Virus record (IMG/VR): IMGVR_UViG_3300047557_002951
Location: 64,001 to 128,000 of that record
DNA length: 64,000 nucleotides
Strand: one strand, 5' to 3'
Origin: a virus
Made by a program: the position numbers and the translations under genes
Shown: positions 29,637 to 39,796 of the stretch, one piece after another
How positions within the stretch are numbered: the first letter of the stretch is position 1
Layout: every line of letters begins with the position of its first letter
The notes under the pieces: generated by a model
Database searches by the model: none
The model's input: the letters and a program-made list of their open reading frames with translations, nothing else
What the model was told of the DNA's origin: nothing

Positions 29637-29686
29637 GCGTTGCTTCTCCCTAAGGATACTTCCGCTGGTGTTTTCCAGTCAACGAT
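29637..29686 (-). ncRNA. Glutamine riboswitch (glnA RNA motif, class I)
   Basis: AUCGUUG-ACUGGAAAACACCAG-CGGAAGUA-UCCUUAGGGA-GAAG-CAACGC: P1 CGUUG/CAACG, P2, P3 with E-loop AGUA/GAA; upstream of a DUF4278 gene. Confidence 0.88.
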
Positions 29687-29692
29687 AGAAGT

Positions 29693-29721
29693 ATTATACC
29701 TTCTATCCATATGTATGTCAA
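29693..29721 (-). promoter_or_regulatory. Consensus sigma70 promoter driving the riboswitch transcript
   Basis: TTGACA (29716-21), 17 nt, TATAAT (29693-98); predicted TSS at the riboswitch 5' end. Confidence 0.85.
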
Positions 29722-29725
29722 GAGT

Positions 29726-29739
29726 GTATCCGTTGCTAC
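29726..29739. promoter_or_regulatory. NtcA-binding site
   Basis: GTA-N8-TAC (minus strand GTAGCAACGGATAC) 4 bp upstream of the -35 box. Confidence 0.7.
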
Positions 29740-29785
29740 TATTTTGTATCGTGACTATACAAAATTATATTAAGATTTGTTAACA

Positions 29786-30112
29786 TTATCTCTGAACAAA
29801 TTCAAGTTTATAACGCTCTGGATTTAACTGTTGAATAATTATATCACAACCAATTTTTGGATTACTATCGCCACATGTAAAAACATCGACTGCTGCATTT
29901 CCATCCTCAGGCCAAGTGTGGATGGAAAAATGACTTTCAGAAAGCAAACATAATACGGTAACTCCTTGCGGATCAAATTTCTTAAAAATAGTTTGACACA
30001 CAGTTGCTCCACTAGCAATAGCAGAATTTTCCAATAAATCAATAAGAAAATGCACATCATTAAGATGTGCATAAGAACAACCATAAAGATTCAACAGATA
30101 ATGCTTGCCCAT
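29786..30112 (-). CDS. speD: S-adenosylmethionine decarboxylase proenzyme
   Basis: GKH....YGC...F.PQGVT...LLSESH.SIHTWPE...AAVDVFTCG. Confidence 0.93.
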   Translation of the reverse strand: MGKHYLLNLYGCSYAHLNDVHFLIDLLENSAIASGATVCQTIFKKFDPQGVTVLCLLSESHFSIHTWPEDGNAAVDVFTCGDSNPKIGCDIIIQQLNPERYKLEFVQR

Positions 30113-30297
30113 CAGTCCACTGGATCCTCTTCATATTCTTTAATGAGACCAGAAACTAAAGTTTCTGTACCATCCATATTCTTAATTTCATACAATGGAG
30201 ATTTCATATATTTTTTGATTTTCTTATATTTTTTAATTAGGTCTTGAACTTCATCTTTATAGATGACGACATTAGGGTTATTAAATCCTGTACTCAT
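30112..30297 (-). CDS. Hypothetical protein
   Basis: LIKKYKKIKKYMKSPLY..K.MDG.E; overlapping operon. Confidence 0.65.
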   Translation of the reverse strand: MSTGFNNPNVVIYKDEVQDLIKKYKKIKKYMKSPLYEIKNMDGTETLVSGLIKEYEEDPVD

Positions 30298-30602
30298 TTC
30301 TTTTTCTTTTTCTCAGTTGTTTTTTCGCCCCAAAGTCTTGGATTGGTTCTACCATATCCAAAATCAATTTTTTTAATTGCGTTGGATCCAAGCTTATCGT
30401 AATAAAGATCAAAAATATCTACTCGCTTTCTACCACGGCACACATCAACATAACTACCATTGTCTAGTTGATAATAAACAAGATATGCATCATTTGGAAC
30501 AGAAGTATCTTTAATTTGATCTGGGGTAGCATTAGAGTAAATTAGTTCACATCCATAGACTGAATTAATTCGTTCCTTTTCTTCTTTCGACCATTCTACC
30601 AT
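30294..30602 (-). CDS. Conserved cyanophage hypothetical protein
   Basis: VDIFDLYYDK......IDFGYGR.NPRLWG; likely start MVEWS. Confidence 0.65.
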   Translation of the reverse strand: MVEWSKEEKERINSVYGCELIYSNATPDQIKDTSVPNDAYLVYYQLDNGSYVDVCRGRKRVDIFDLYYDKLGSNAIKKIDFGYGRTNPRLWGEKTTEKKKKK

Positions 30603-30625
30603 CTTTTTATCTTTGATTAATGATT

Positions 30626-31192
30626 TCAAGACCGACCTCCCCATTGAATGTCAGGATATGCATCCTTAATGAGTTGGTGAGTTATCTTATATTTAGTTTG
30701 TAACTGTTTGTCTTTCGTGAGAATAAGAATCTCTGCTTCTTTTGGATGCAATCCCTCCAAAAGATTAATAAACATAGTTTCAATACGAAGTTTTGATATG
30801 GATGAATTTCCACCTCGAATAAAATTATAAAAAATTCTAGCTTCTTGCCTCAGCGAAGTCCGCTGTGTTGCCATATGAGAATCTAGTTTACTTGGATTTT
30901 CCAGTTGCTTTTCAATGCTAGTGGAAAGATTATCGTTCCCAGAAGATTGATCTTGAACACTGGAATATGGAACTGGACCTTCCGGTAGAGCGGAAAATAC
31001 ACTTTCATCAAAATTCCAAATTAAAATAGAAACAAGAGCATCATTACGATACTCTTGTAAGACTTCAATTTTTTTCTGATTTGTCCTTTGTTTTGAAACT
31101 AATTCAAGAATCTCATGTTGAAACGGATTTGATTGTAGTTTGATCGATTCAGTCGTCGTCTTCGCTACTGTCTTCTTCTTCGTCGTAGTCAT
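30626..31192 (-). CDS. Conserved T4-like phage hypothetical protein
   Basis: LPEG.VPY...LYNF..GGN......E.MFI.LLEGLHP.EAEIL. Confidence 0.75.
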   Translation of the reverse strand: MTTTKKKTVAKTTTESIKLQSNPFQHEILELVSKQRTNQKKIEVLQEYRNDALVSILIWNFDESVFSALPEGPVPYSSVQDQSSGNDNLSTSIEKQLENPSKLDSHMATQRTSLRQEARIFYNFIRGGNSSISKLRIETMFINLLEGLHPKEAEILILTKDKQLQTKYKITHQLIKDAYPDIQWGGRS

Positions 31193-31385
31193 TTAAATCT
31201 CCTTCAAATCTAAAAGCAAGTATTTCATCTGGAATAACATTTCCATTCTGATCAAAAAATTCTGGGTGCATATATGGTACTTTATTATTCTCGATATGTT
31301 GACTTACCACCCAAACAATAAGCCCACCAACAAGGAAGAACAAAATTGAAACAAGAATGCTTAATGTGATTGCTACTGCGATCAT
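31149..31385 (-). CDS. Small membrane protein
   Basis: N-terminal TM helix, HPEFFDQNGNVIPDEIL, acidic tail. Confidence 0.7.
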   Translation of the reverse strand: MIAVAITLSILVSILFFLVGGLIVWVVSQHIENNKVPYMHPEFFDQNGNVIPDEILAFRFEGDLNDYDEEEDSSEDDD

Positions 31386-31582
31386 TGTTTTGTCTCCTGG
31401 GAATTTCGTTTTCTTAGCTGTATGCCTATCCGAAAATGAAATTCCCAGTTGAGGAGAGAAACCATTTTCGCATAAGCAAAATTAAAAAAGTTTGGTTCCT
31501 CCTTCTTCTTAATATTGCGGAGCATAAGCTCCATACCTCTATTTATTTGTAATTTTCTTCCTTCTGCCTGGTCTCTTGTCAT
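31382..31582 (-). CDS. Hypothetical protein
   Basis: INRG.ELMLR motif; overlapping neighbours. Confidence 0.55.
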   Translation of the reverse strand: MTRDQAEGRKLQINRGMELMLRNIKKKEEPNFFNFAYAKMVSLLNWEFHFRIGIQLRKRNSQETKQ

Positions 31583-31892
31583 AAAGATATTTTTCGGTAT
31601 CGGTCAAAATTGAGTCCAGGTAGTTTCGAATTTTACGAGCAAAAGGTTTTGATAAGTATCCATATGCTTCTCTTAATTGCTTATGAATTTCGTCCTGTCC
31701 TCCTTCCAAATATGTATCTAAATCTTCCACCAAGAGTTTTAAATTGATTGCAGTGGAACTTTCAAGAAATTGTTTAGCTTCTGCTCTTTTAGCTTCTTTC
31801 CCTCTGAGGTACTGATAGAAATTCATGACAAATTTTTGCTCGGAGAAAGCATAGTCAATTGCTTTTTCTACATCAAAACAATACTCTTCCAT
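31539..31892 (-). CDS. Conserved cyanophage hypothetical protein
   Basis: VEKAIDYAF...YLEGG.D..HKQLREAYG...KP.ARKIRNYL. Confidence 0.7.
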   Translation of the reverse strand: MEEYCFDVEKAIDYAFSEQKFVMNFYQYLRGKEAKRAEAKQFLESSTAINLKLLVEDLDTYLEGGQDEIHKQLREAYGYLSKPFARKIRNYLDSILTDTEKYLYDKRPGRRKKITNK

Positions 31893-32129
31893 CTAGACAA
31901 TTCCGTTTTCCTTTAGGTATTTTACTGTGTCTGTGCATCCACCTAGATGCAAATCATTCATAATAACCTGAGGAAAAGTAGAGCCATTACCAAATTCAGC
32001 ATAAAAGTCATCTCTGGAAAAATGTTCTCCAAGAGTATAAACAACATAGTCAGATCCGGCAAGATTCAAAACTTGCTTGATCTTTTCGCAATACGGACAA
32101 CCGTTTTTTGAATATACAGTAAATTTCAT
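31893..32129 (-). CDS. nrdC: Glutaredoxin (NrdC)
   Basis: MKFTVYSKNGCPYC...STFPQV....LGGCTD. Confidence 0.9.
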   Translation of the reverse strand: MKFTVYSKNGCPYCEKIKQVLNLAGSDYVVYTLGEHFSRDDFYAEFGNGSTFPQVIMNDLHLGGCTDTVKYLKENGIV

Positions 32130-32130
32130 T

Positions 32131-32358
32131 TTAATAATTTGTTGGGGTTTCTCGAACAGTAAGATTTCCTTTTCCTTCAAGGCTACGAACAAAGAGCTCT
32201 GTAAACCTTTCCATTTTCATATAATGAACTGATGCAGGATGTTCATTGATTGCATTTTTAAGAACATTAAGTTCATTCCACTCATCGTCAGAAAGCATAG
32301 AGTTTTCAGTAACATCCATTACATTATAACACATTTCATTATTATGTATTGAAATCAT
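32131..32358 (-). CDS. Hypothetical protein
   Basis: EW.EL..LK.AI...PASVH..KMERFTELFVRSL. Confidence 0.55.
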   Translation of the reverse strand: MISIHNNEMCYNVMDVTENSMLSDDEWNELNVLKNAINEHPASVHYMKMERFTELFVRSLEGKGNLTVRETPTNY

Positions 32359-32377
32359 AACTTTATCTTAAGATTTC

Positions 32378-32617
32378 TCAGAACAATCCACCAAAAAATG
32401 AAGACCCACCATTTCCGTCTTTCTTCATTTTATCGGTGATTTCTTCAATCTTATCTGAAAATTCTTCAATCTTCATAATGCGATCGATACCAACTACAAG
32501 CTCTGAAATTGCATGAGCGATATTTGATTTTTCAGATCTTGCAGCATTAGCAAGTGCAGAACGAAGATAGCTTTGTGCTTCTTCGAGGTTTTCTTTTACA
32601 TTCTTTGAGAGTGCCAT
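32378..32617 (-). CDS. Conserved cyanophage hypothetical protein
   Basis: MALSK.V...L.EA...LR.ALA.AAR.E; GAGGAG SD. Confidence 0.7.
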   Translation of the reverse strand: MALSKNVKENLEEAQSYLRSALANAARSEKSNIAHAISELVVGIDRIMKIEEFSDKIEEITDKMKKDGNGGSSFFGGLF

Positions 32618-32683
32618 GTGTGCTCCTCGATTACTTTACTATTTTAGCAGTTTGATGGCTCAATGGTAGTGCGGATGACCGCC

Positions 32684-33262
32684 CTAAATCTTACGCAGTT
32701 CAAATGTACCATCTTTGCGGTCGATCCAGATCAGTTGATCATTTTCTTTCCAATTGACTTGATCTAGAAGATCATCAGGAAGTTGAATGAAATAGTTGTC
32801 AATTCCTTCCTCAATTTGTTGCTGTACCGGAAGTAGCCATTTAGTTACTTTGTTGTGTTTAGGTTCTACTTTGCTACACATTTCATTCAATTGTTCTTCG
32901 GTATAACGAAGTGCTTCCATATCACTATGTCCCCAAGGAGGCATAAGATCTTCTACCGTAGGTTCTTCGAATTTTTTATGTTCTTCGGGATAATAATTTT
33001 CTTCCCAAAAACTAGTCCAGGCTTTTTGGGATTCTGGCGATTTATCTTGCTGGTTAGAAACATGATCAACTCCATTGCCATTCAGAAGTGCCAGAAGTTC
33101 ATAACAGTGTTCAGTCCGATTCTTATAAGTATAGTAATTATCTAGAACCACTGACTTAATGACATCATAAATTTCTTGTGGTGATGCTCCACTAGAGTTA
33201 ATGGCATCTTCTACCCACTTTTCTAGATTTTCAAATGAATATTTTTTGTAATCAAAACTCAT
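32684..33262 (-). CDS. Protein with C-terminal AbrB/MazE-like domain
   Basis: YFIQLPDDLLDQVNWKENDQLIW....DGTFELRK. Confidence 0.65.
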   Translation of the reverse strand: MSFDYKKYSFENLEKWVEDAINSSGASPQEIYDVIKSVVLDNYYTYKNRTEHCYELLALLNGNGVDHVSNQQDKSPESQKAWTSFWEENYYPEEHKKFEEPTVEDLMPPWGHSDMEALRYTEEQLNEMCSKVEPKHNKVTKWLLPVQQQIEEGIDNYFIQLPDDLLDQVNWKENDQLIWIDRKDGTFELRKI

Positions 33263-34897
33263 GATTGATTCCCCAACATTTCAATTTTATTGTGAAGTTC
33301 ATAAAGTTGATTTGATGTCTCTATTGATTCTATTTCTAAATCTTTAATTCGTTGGGCAAGATTCGCAACAATATCCATTACAGAATACTCAACTCCAGTA
33401 ATTTCATCAGACATCTTGAAGTCGGTTTTTTCATAGTCCTGTATAAAACGATCAATAAATTGTTTCATAATTTAATTTGACGAAAAGGAATGTTTAGTGT
33501 GTCTTCATATTTAAGTGGACATCCATCGGTAGATCCAAACTTTGCTACCCACTTACGCAGAAGCATTCTAGCATACTCTGGACGGATTGAGAAGGCTTGA
33601 GTTCGTATTTGGAAGTATTCCGGTGACTTCTTAGGAAAATCTTCTGCTGAGGCCAGAATAGAGTATTCTAGTTCGTTTAAGGAAGTAAGAAAAGTGTTTT
33701 TGTTTTCTTCGGTTGGATTTTCGATTACAAGATCAATCAGTTCATACATAATGAATCTTTTTCTGTGGATTGTTTAATTGCTTTTTGATAAATTTTGTTG
33801 CCGATTCTAGTGAATGGAATTTTACTATTTTTGGAAATACTTCCATTTCCATAAAATTAAGCCATAAAAACCATTTCCTATATTGTGGGAAAAAGCAGAC
33901 CTCACCACTAAGATCTGCTTCCTCTATAATTCGGTACTTCATTGTTGTTGGTAGATGATTGGTTTATTGTACTCAATGTCATTCCAATGTCGCACCACTC
34001 CAGCAATAATGAAACAATTTGTAATGAGATAAGAAAGAAAGATTATGGTTCTAACAATGGCGATCACATCAGATTCTCTATCACATTTTGATGCTTTCTC
34101 TCCAAGTGCTTTTGCCCACCATCGCCAGGCTGTATTACGCTTTAATTTCATTTGATGCTCTTCCTAATTCCCAAGCAATATTCATCCACTCACGAAGTAT
34201 TACATTTTTACGAAATGGGTCAGGACATTTTGCATCAGAAAAAAATCGTTCGGAACGAAAGCTGTAACCTTCAAGTTCATCAAACCAATCTTCAAATGTT
34301 TTGTACTTCATTGTTTCGTTTTCTTTCTTTTGTTTCACTAATTGTATAATCCTTTTTATTTAACTTATAGCGAGTAATGTATTTGTCTAAATGTTCCTGA
34401 CAAACAAAGTAACAAACTTTTTCTTCCTTTCCGTCCTTATGAACAAGAGTCAGTGGAAAACACTCATGAAAAGATGGAGTCTCAATGACTATTTGTTCTT
34501 TTGGTGGCTGTCTCTTACTTTGTGGTTTTACTTTGACTGGCTTTTTCTTTTTCATTTAGTACAGATTGATAATAACGATTATAAGCAAGAAACCGATTCA
34601 TACTTGGAGTAACCCCCAATGATTCACAGCAACGAATATATGATAAAAATTCATACCAAGGTGATGTTGAATCTGTGTCACTCATAACTTATACTCAATC
34701 TCTCCAGAATAAGTAGATTGCTGCCCCCATCCTTCTTGAATGCCTTTTAGATAAAACCGAGTGGCTTTAATACATTCTTCCTCAGTAAGGCTTGTAATCA
34801 ATCCTTTATCATCTTTATCAAAACTCTTCCAAGTTCCCCATCGCGCCTTCTCAACATAGAAGGTACCGTCATCAATCCAGTTCTTTTGATGTTCCAT
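33259..34897 (-). CDS. Run of small overlapping hypothetical ORFs (33259-33468, 33465-33749, 33742-33942, 33939-34151, 34135-34338, 34292-34555, 34515-34685, 34682-34897)
   Basis: Head-to-tail ATGA-type overlaps on minus strand; 34515-34685 (MSDTDSTSPWYEFLSYIRCCESLG...) read by eye. Confidence 0.6.
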
Positions 34898-35477
34898 AAT
34901 ACATCATATCCTCACGATAACGAGTAATCACAGCAGAAGCAAATTCAACAAAATTATCCATATTAGCCTGTAGTTGATCTTCACTGCAATCAAAATTGTT
35001 TGTAATTCTTTCGATCATATCTTCACTTGGAAGCTGACACATCAGAAGAGAAAGAACCGCAATTAGATAACATGCAGTATTGTGCGCAGGGCTGACATCT
35101 CTCATGGTAAGAATGACATCAAATGTGCTGGGAATTCCTTCTTCTTCGTCACCATCTTCATCTGCACCATAAGCAGCAATAGCACCCATACCACAAATCC
35201 AGATCAATTCAAAACACATAAAGTTTTGATCATCGGGAGAAATTAGAATTAGTTCTTCTTTTGTTGGAACTTTACCATTTCGGAGATCATCGACGATTTG
35301 ATCTGGGACATCCTCAAGTTCAAAATCTGGTGGAATGCAATCCGCGAGATCATGACGATACATCAGACAGCTTAAAAAATCATAAGTAAAATCAGTAATT
35401 TCTTCTCCTTCTTTTTTAATGTCATTAATTCTCGACTGAAGAGACTTCAGATCGATCGAATTGGATTCGGTGCTCAT
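34872..35477 (-). CDS. Acidic hypothetical protein (201 aa)
   Basis: Long ORF in operon; D/E-rich, several Cys. Confidence 0.65.
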   Translation of the reverse strand: MSTESNSIDLKSLQSRINDIKKEGEEITDFTYDFLSCLMYRHDLADCIPPDFELEDVPDQIVDDLRNGKVPTKEELILISPDDQNFMCFELIWICGMGAIAAYGADEDGDEEEGIPSTFDVILTMRDVSPAHNTACYLIAVLSLLMCQLPSEDMIERITNNFDCSEDQLQANMDNFVEFASAVITRYREDMMYYGTSKELD

Positions 35478-36643
35478 TGCGTTTTCGATTCAGACTCCAT
35501 ACTAACATGAGACTCATGGGCTGTCAACTCCTCAAGCAGGTCTTGTGCCAGTTTTTCATATTTCCACTTCATAATCAAATTAGTTATTGGATTTCTTGGA
35601 TGAAAACGAATCATCCAATAGAATCGTTCTAGTTTAATTTGAAATAATTTAAACAATAAAACAATCGCATCGGATACATTTTTATCCACTACAATAGCAT
35701 AACCCAAAATAGAAAAAATAAACAACAAAGAGTAATATAAACTCATAAGTTCGATTCTCCACTAATTGTGCGTCTTAAGTTCTGTAGATATTCAAGAACA
35801 AAATCTTGCCAAACAGTCAACTCAGAATCACATTCAAGTTTTTTTGCTCGCATTCTGATCTCATTGTGTGGAGTGCGGACATCTTCGATGAGGAGATCAA
35901 TCGCCTCAAGTTGTTTATTTTTTGTTGTCATTTTGGATTAAAATCGGACAGCTTGGAATTACTTTTTTTATTTCTTTTTTTATTTCGATCTTTTGTGTTG
36001 GTGTCAACCCAATTACATTTTGCAATCGATTGAATATCTCAACTACTTGTGAGCAACTTATAATTGCGATCGAAAAAATTTCCAACATCAGTCTCTTCGC
36101 ATTGAATCATCATCATTCTTAAAGAAATTATAAAGATCATCAACTGACATTGAAGAATCTAGATGAGTAGATGGATCTGGATTTCCTAGATCCATGATCT
36201 GCATAAACTCATCCAAACTTCCGTCTTCTCCTTTTCCTTGTACCGCAACTCTTCGTGCCTTACGAATAATTCCAGCAGCAGATCGATTTGCTTTTGACCA
36301 TTTTTCGGCAAAAATCATATCTTCTAAACTCACTTCTTCGCCATTTTCAATTCGAGTTGCAATCTGTTCTAGGCGAAGTCGTGTTTGCGTTGATAGCATA
36401 ATGTCTCCTAATAAACAATATTTATTTGGTCTTCCTTGGCTTTCTTATCTTAGAAGTGGAAGAAGATGAGTCAATAAAGATGGTGCCAATTCCTGGTTTG
36501 GCTCGATGATTTTCAATAAATTTTTTTGCTTGTAATTCTGTATTAACAACTTCTAACTGTTCATTGTTAAAAATGATCATTAGCTGTTTCTTTCCATAAG
36601 GAACAACAGCATAATGATCTTGTGTGATAAATCCTTTTTTCAT
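35474..36643 (-). CDS. Small hypothetical ORFs (35474-35746, 35743-35931, 36088-36399, 36422-36643)
   Basis: Co-oriented ORFs; MLSTQTRLRLE.IA.RI..GEEV.L.DMI.A.K is a common cyanophage family. Confidence 0.6.
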
Positions 36644-37008
36644 AAAATATTTTTACGAGGTCTATAGACTCTCAATTCTTGTTTGACTAATTGTGTTCTC
36701 CATTCTTCAATTCTATTAAATTTTTCTTCGGTATAAAATTCTTGTTTTGGATACCAATCATAAAAGTTCTCATGCGCTTTAGATCTATTACAAGATTCAC
36801 ATGCACAAACTACATTTGTAATGTGATCGGTTCCACCTTTTGCTTGTGGTATGATATGATCTATTGTTAGATTTTCCTCAGATTCACAATAAGCACATTT
36901 ATGTTCCCATTTTTCTTTAATCGATTTTCTCCACAATCTTCTTGCTTCTGATGGAGATGATGTTTCTAGGTTATAAAGATAGTCGTCTGATGAATTGTAA
37001 AGTTTCAT
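36640..37008 (-). CDS. HNH endonuclease
   Basis: CAYC......TIDHIIP...GG.D...NVVCAC.SCN.SK. Confidence 0.88.
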   Translation of the reverse strand: MKLYNSSDDYLYNLETSSPSEARRLWRKSIKEKWEHKCAYCESEENLTIDHIIPQAKGGTDHITNVVCACESCNRSKAHENFYDWYPKQEFYTEEKFNRIEEWRTQLVKQELRVYRPRKNIL

Positions 37009-37100
37009 TCTTTAAATGGGAACTTATAATATCTATAGTTTCTTTAATCGTAATATAGATGTAAATGAATTCTATATGATATGAAATATCTTGATCTCTT

Positions 37101-37588
37101 TTAAGAAATTTTTGAACTCTTTTTAGCACAAGCACTCCTCGCCCAAGCACGACTTAAACTATTTACATAAGAACAAGACTTTTGTTTTTTACCACAATGG
37201 GGACACATTTCATTCGGTGGATCTGAAATATATCCCTCAGGAGTATACATCTTCTTCTTTTTTTGGTTTTCTGATTGTTTTCTTTTCCTATGATTCATAC
37301 AATCACTGGTTCTTGTGATCCCTCTGGAAGTTTTTCTCGATGTGGATTAAGTTGATCAACTTTACCCATAGGCAATCCAATTTGACCAGGAAGTTGTTTG
37401 TCTGTTGTAGATGTTATATCAATTACCTGATCCATAATAAAGCGATAACGACTATAAGATCTATTATGTGAATCAAATGAAACCATCATGATTGCATCAT
37501 TAATATCTCCACAATGTGCAATGATTCTGCCACTTTTATTGTCCTTTACTACCCAATATTCGTTCATAAGTTTCAGTCTTTTTTTCAT
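37101..37588 (-). CDS. Two small hypothetical ORFs (37101-37298 Cys-containing; 37295-37567)
   Basis: CPHCG....CSY...RAWAR.AC; overlapping start/stop. Confidence 0.55.
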
Positions 37589-37874
37589 TATACAGCTCTT
37601 TTGGCTTTCTGTAAAGACCTGGCCATGTGTCTCTTATGATTTCAGCACATTTATATGGTGTCTCTGATGTAATCATCTTCAAAGTCTAGATGGCGTGTGG
37701 TCAATATCTTTTAACATTTCCTCCAATAATGCACCATATTCTCTAAATCTTCTATCTCCCGCAATAAAACAACGCTGACGCATCCATACTGCATCTGCAA
37801 GAAGTTTTACTTGGTCTTCTGTGAATGTTATGGTTTTCATTTTAATATTGTAACTTTCTTATGTAGAAGAATAA

Positions 37875-38285
37875 TCAATCCCAAGAAATCTGACGAACCC
37901 AGAGATCTTTAGTAACTTCAGTAATAGCATATCCAGAAGGAAGTTTTGCGTCTTTAACAACTCCAGCGGTTGGACTAGCAACTCGATACTGGTTCTTATA
38001 TGCTGCTTGACGATCACTATCCCAGGTCATAAATCCTTGAGAACCAAACCAAGACTTAACAGTATAAGAAATCCCAGATTTATTTACTACTGCTTGAATA
38101 ATTCGCTTATCTAAAAATCCTTGTTTGTTGCGAATATCAGTAATCTTACAGGTTGCCTTTTCAATCCAAGGATGATTCCTTTGTCCAAGATACCAACACA
38201 TTTCAGTGTAAGTATAGGTTTTCTGCTGTGCGTTTGCAGCAAGCGGCGACAAAATCAGTGCCAGTGCAATCAATGCTTTTTTCAT
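37875..38285 (-). CDS. Secreted/periplasmic hypothetical protein
   Basis: Signal peptide MKKALIALALILSPLAANA. Confidence 0.7.
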   Translation of the reverse strand: MKKALIALALILSPLAANAQQKTYTYTEMCWYLGQRNHPWIEKATCKITDIRNKQGFLDKRIIQAVVNKSGISYTVKSWFGSQGFMTWDSDRQAAYKNQYRVASPTAGVVKDAKLPSGYAITEVTKDLWVRQISWD

Positions 38286-38364
38286 AGTTAAGGAAACTCT
38301 GTAAGTATTATAGGCGATATTTCAAGTTTATGAAAGAGGTCTGTGCCAATTTTTAAGGTGGCGG

Positions 38365-39030
38365 TTATTTCACAAAATACATACGACGACGATACTGCTC
38401 ACCAGGGCAGTTTTCTAAATGCTCAATCTCTTCATCTGGTAGGAAGTTGACTCCACCAAGTAGTTTAGCACCAATAAAGATTTCTGCAGACTTCTCACAC
38501 ATCAAAGTAGCAGCAGCACAATCCTTTTGATAAGGTGATGCTGTAATGATACCATGATTCTCTAGAAGAATCAACTTAGGAAAGTATCTGTAGTGGTCTA
38601 CAAACTCGCCAACATACTTGTCTACATTCTGAAGTAGACGAGCACCAGGAGGAGCATAAGGAACCAGGCAGGACAGAACACCGTTTCTTACGATTTGGTC
38701 TGGGAACCAACGCTGCGTAGCAAAGTCATTGACCGCAGGAGAGCAGAGTATCTGTGTAGTCTTTGGTGGGTGTGTATGAGCAATATAGTTAATCTCTGGG
38801 AAGTGCTTCATAATCCAAGCATGAAAGAGCACTTCAATACTTGGTTTCTTTTGATTTGGATTTAGTTGTTGAGCATCAGTATTCACCAGAACTAAATCAT
38901 CTTCTGATAGTGTATGAAGACTTGTACCACTTGCTTTGATTAAAAAAGTATCCTCTGTTTTTCTTTCTGATACATTACCTTCACCACAGATAGTATAGTC
39001 AGCAATTGTGTGTGCTAAGTCTAAAAGCAT
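38365..39030 (-). CDS. Class II aldolase/adducin family protein
   Basis: EGNVS...IKASG...KPSIE...H...HTHP...LLENHG. Confidence 0.88.
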   Translation of the reverse strand: MLLDLAHTIADYTICGEGNVSERKTEDTFLIKASGTSLHTLSEDDLVLVNTDAQQLNPNQKKPSIEVLFHAWIMKHFPEINYIAHTHPPKTTQILCSPAVNDFATQRWFPDQIVRNGVLSCLVPYAPPGARLLQNVDKYVGEFVDHYRYFPKLILLENHGIITASPYQKDCAAATLMCEKSAEIFIGAKLLGGVNFLPDEEIEHLENCPGEQYRRRMYFVK

Positions 39031-39187
39031 CGTTAAGTATTGTAAAAAATTATTTAGAAATTGTACCAGATATTCAAAAGGTTTTGTTTTGATTTCTACA
39101 AATACTTAATAATGGTAATGGTCTGTGAGTGATATGAGAGTCATAAAGAAACCGAATGCTATGAAGAATATTAGAATTGGGAGCATT

Positions 39188-39709
39188 TTATTGGTGCTTT
39201 TGTAGGTATTTAACGGCATTGCTTAATGTGCTGATATTATCACCGACCAATCCTAACATTCTATTACAATTGCTACAAAGTAATCCACGCACCTTTCCAG
39301 TATTATGGTCGTGGTCCACATAAAGATTTTTACTATCTTTTCTACCATTAGTATTTGGATTTAGACAAATAGCGCATACTTCATTCTGCTCTTGTAATAC
39401 ACTTTTATACTGCTCTAAACCAAAGTCTTCTCCATAAGTATATTTTAACATATAGTCTTTCTTATCATCATAAGAAGGTCTCTTATCTTTATAGTCTTTA
39501 CTATAACAATCTTTACACCTTTTATGACCTTTATAATACTCATCAATAAGTTTTTCTACACCACATTTATTGCAGACAATATGAGTTTTACTTGCCCAGT
39601 TTTCAGCATAAGTTTTCTCTTCACACCTCATACACCTTCTACGACCTTCTCTAAAATCAGAGGAGGGAAGTTCTTGTGTGCAGGTTCTACAAATCTTCGT
39701 GGTTCTCAT
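39188..39709 (-). mobile_element. Free-standing endonuclease VII-family homing endonuclease (F-CphI-like) downstream of psbA
   Basis: Two N-terminal CxxC Zn fingers, then Q...CAIC...VDHDH.TGKVRGLLC..CN..LG; TATAAATA late promoter at 39731-38. Confidence 0.85.
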
Positions 39710-39762
39710 TATGGCGTTTAAACTTTTAACTATTTATAAAATATTAAACTCCATTATAGCAT

Positions 39763-39789
39763 AAAAAAAGAGACCCGTAAAGGGTCTCT
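39763..39789 (-). terminator. psbA terminator
   Basis: AGAGACCC-TTTAC-GGGTCTCT followed by T-run. Confidence 0.8.
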
Positions 39790-39796
39790 AATTTCA

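Noticed and set aside
29746-29760. Second NtcA site GTA-N9-TAC
   Set aside because: Spacing is 9 rather than 8; not counted
29520-29783. 87-aa plus-strand ORF
   Set aside because: Antisense to the DUF4278 gene, riboswitch and promoter
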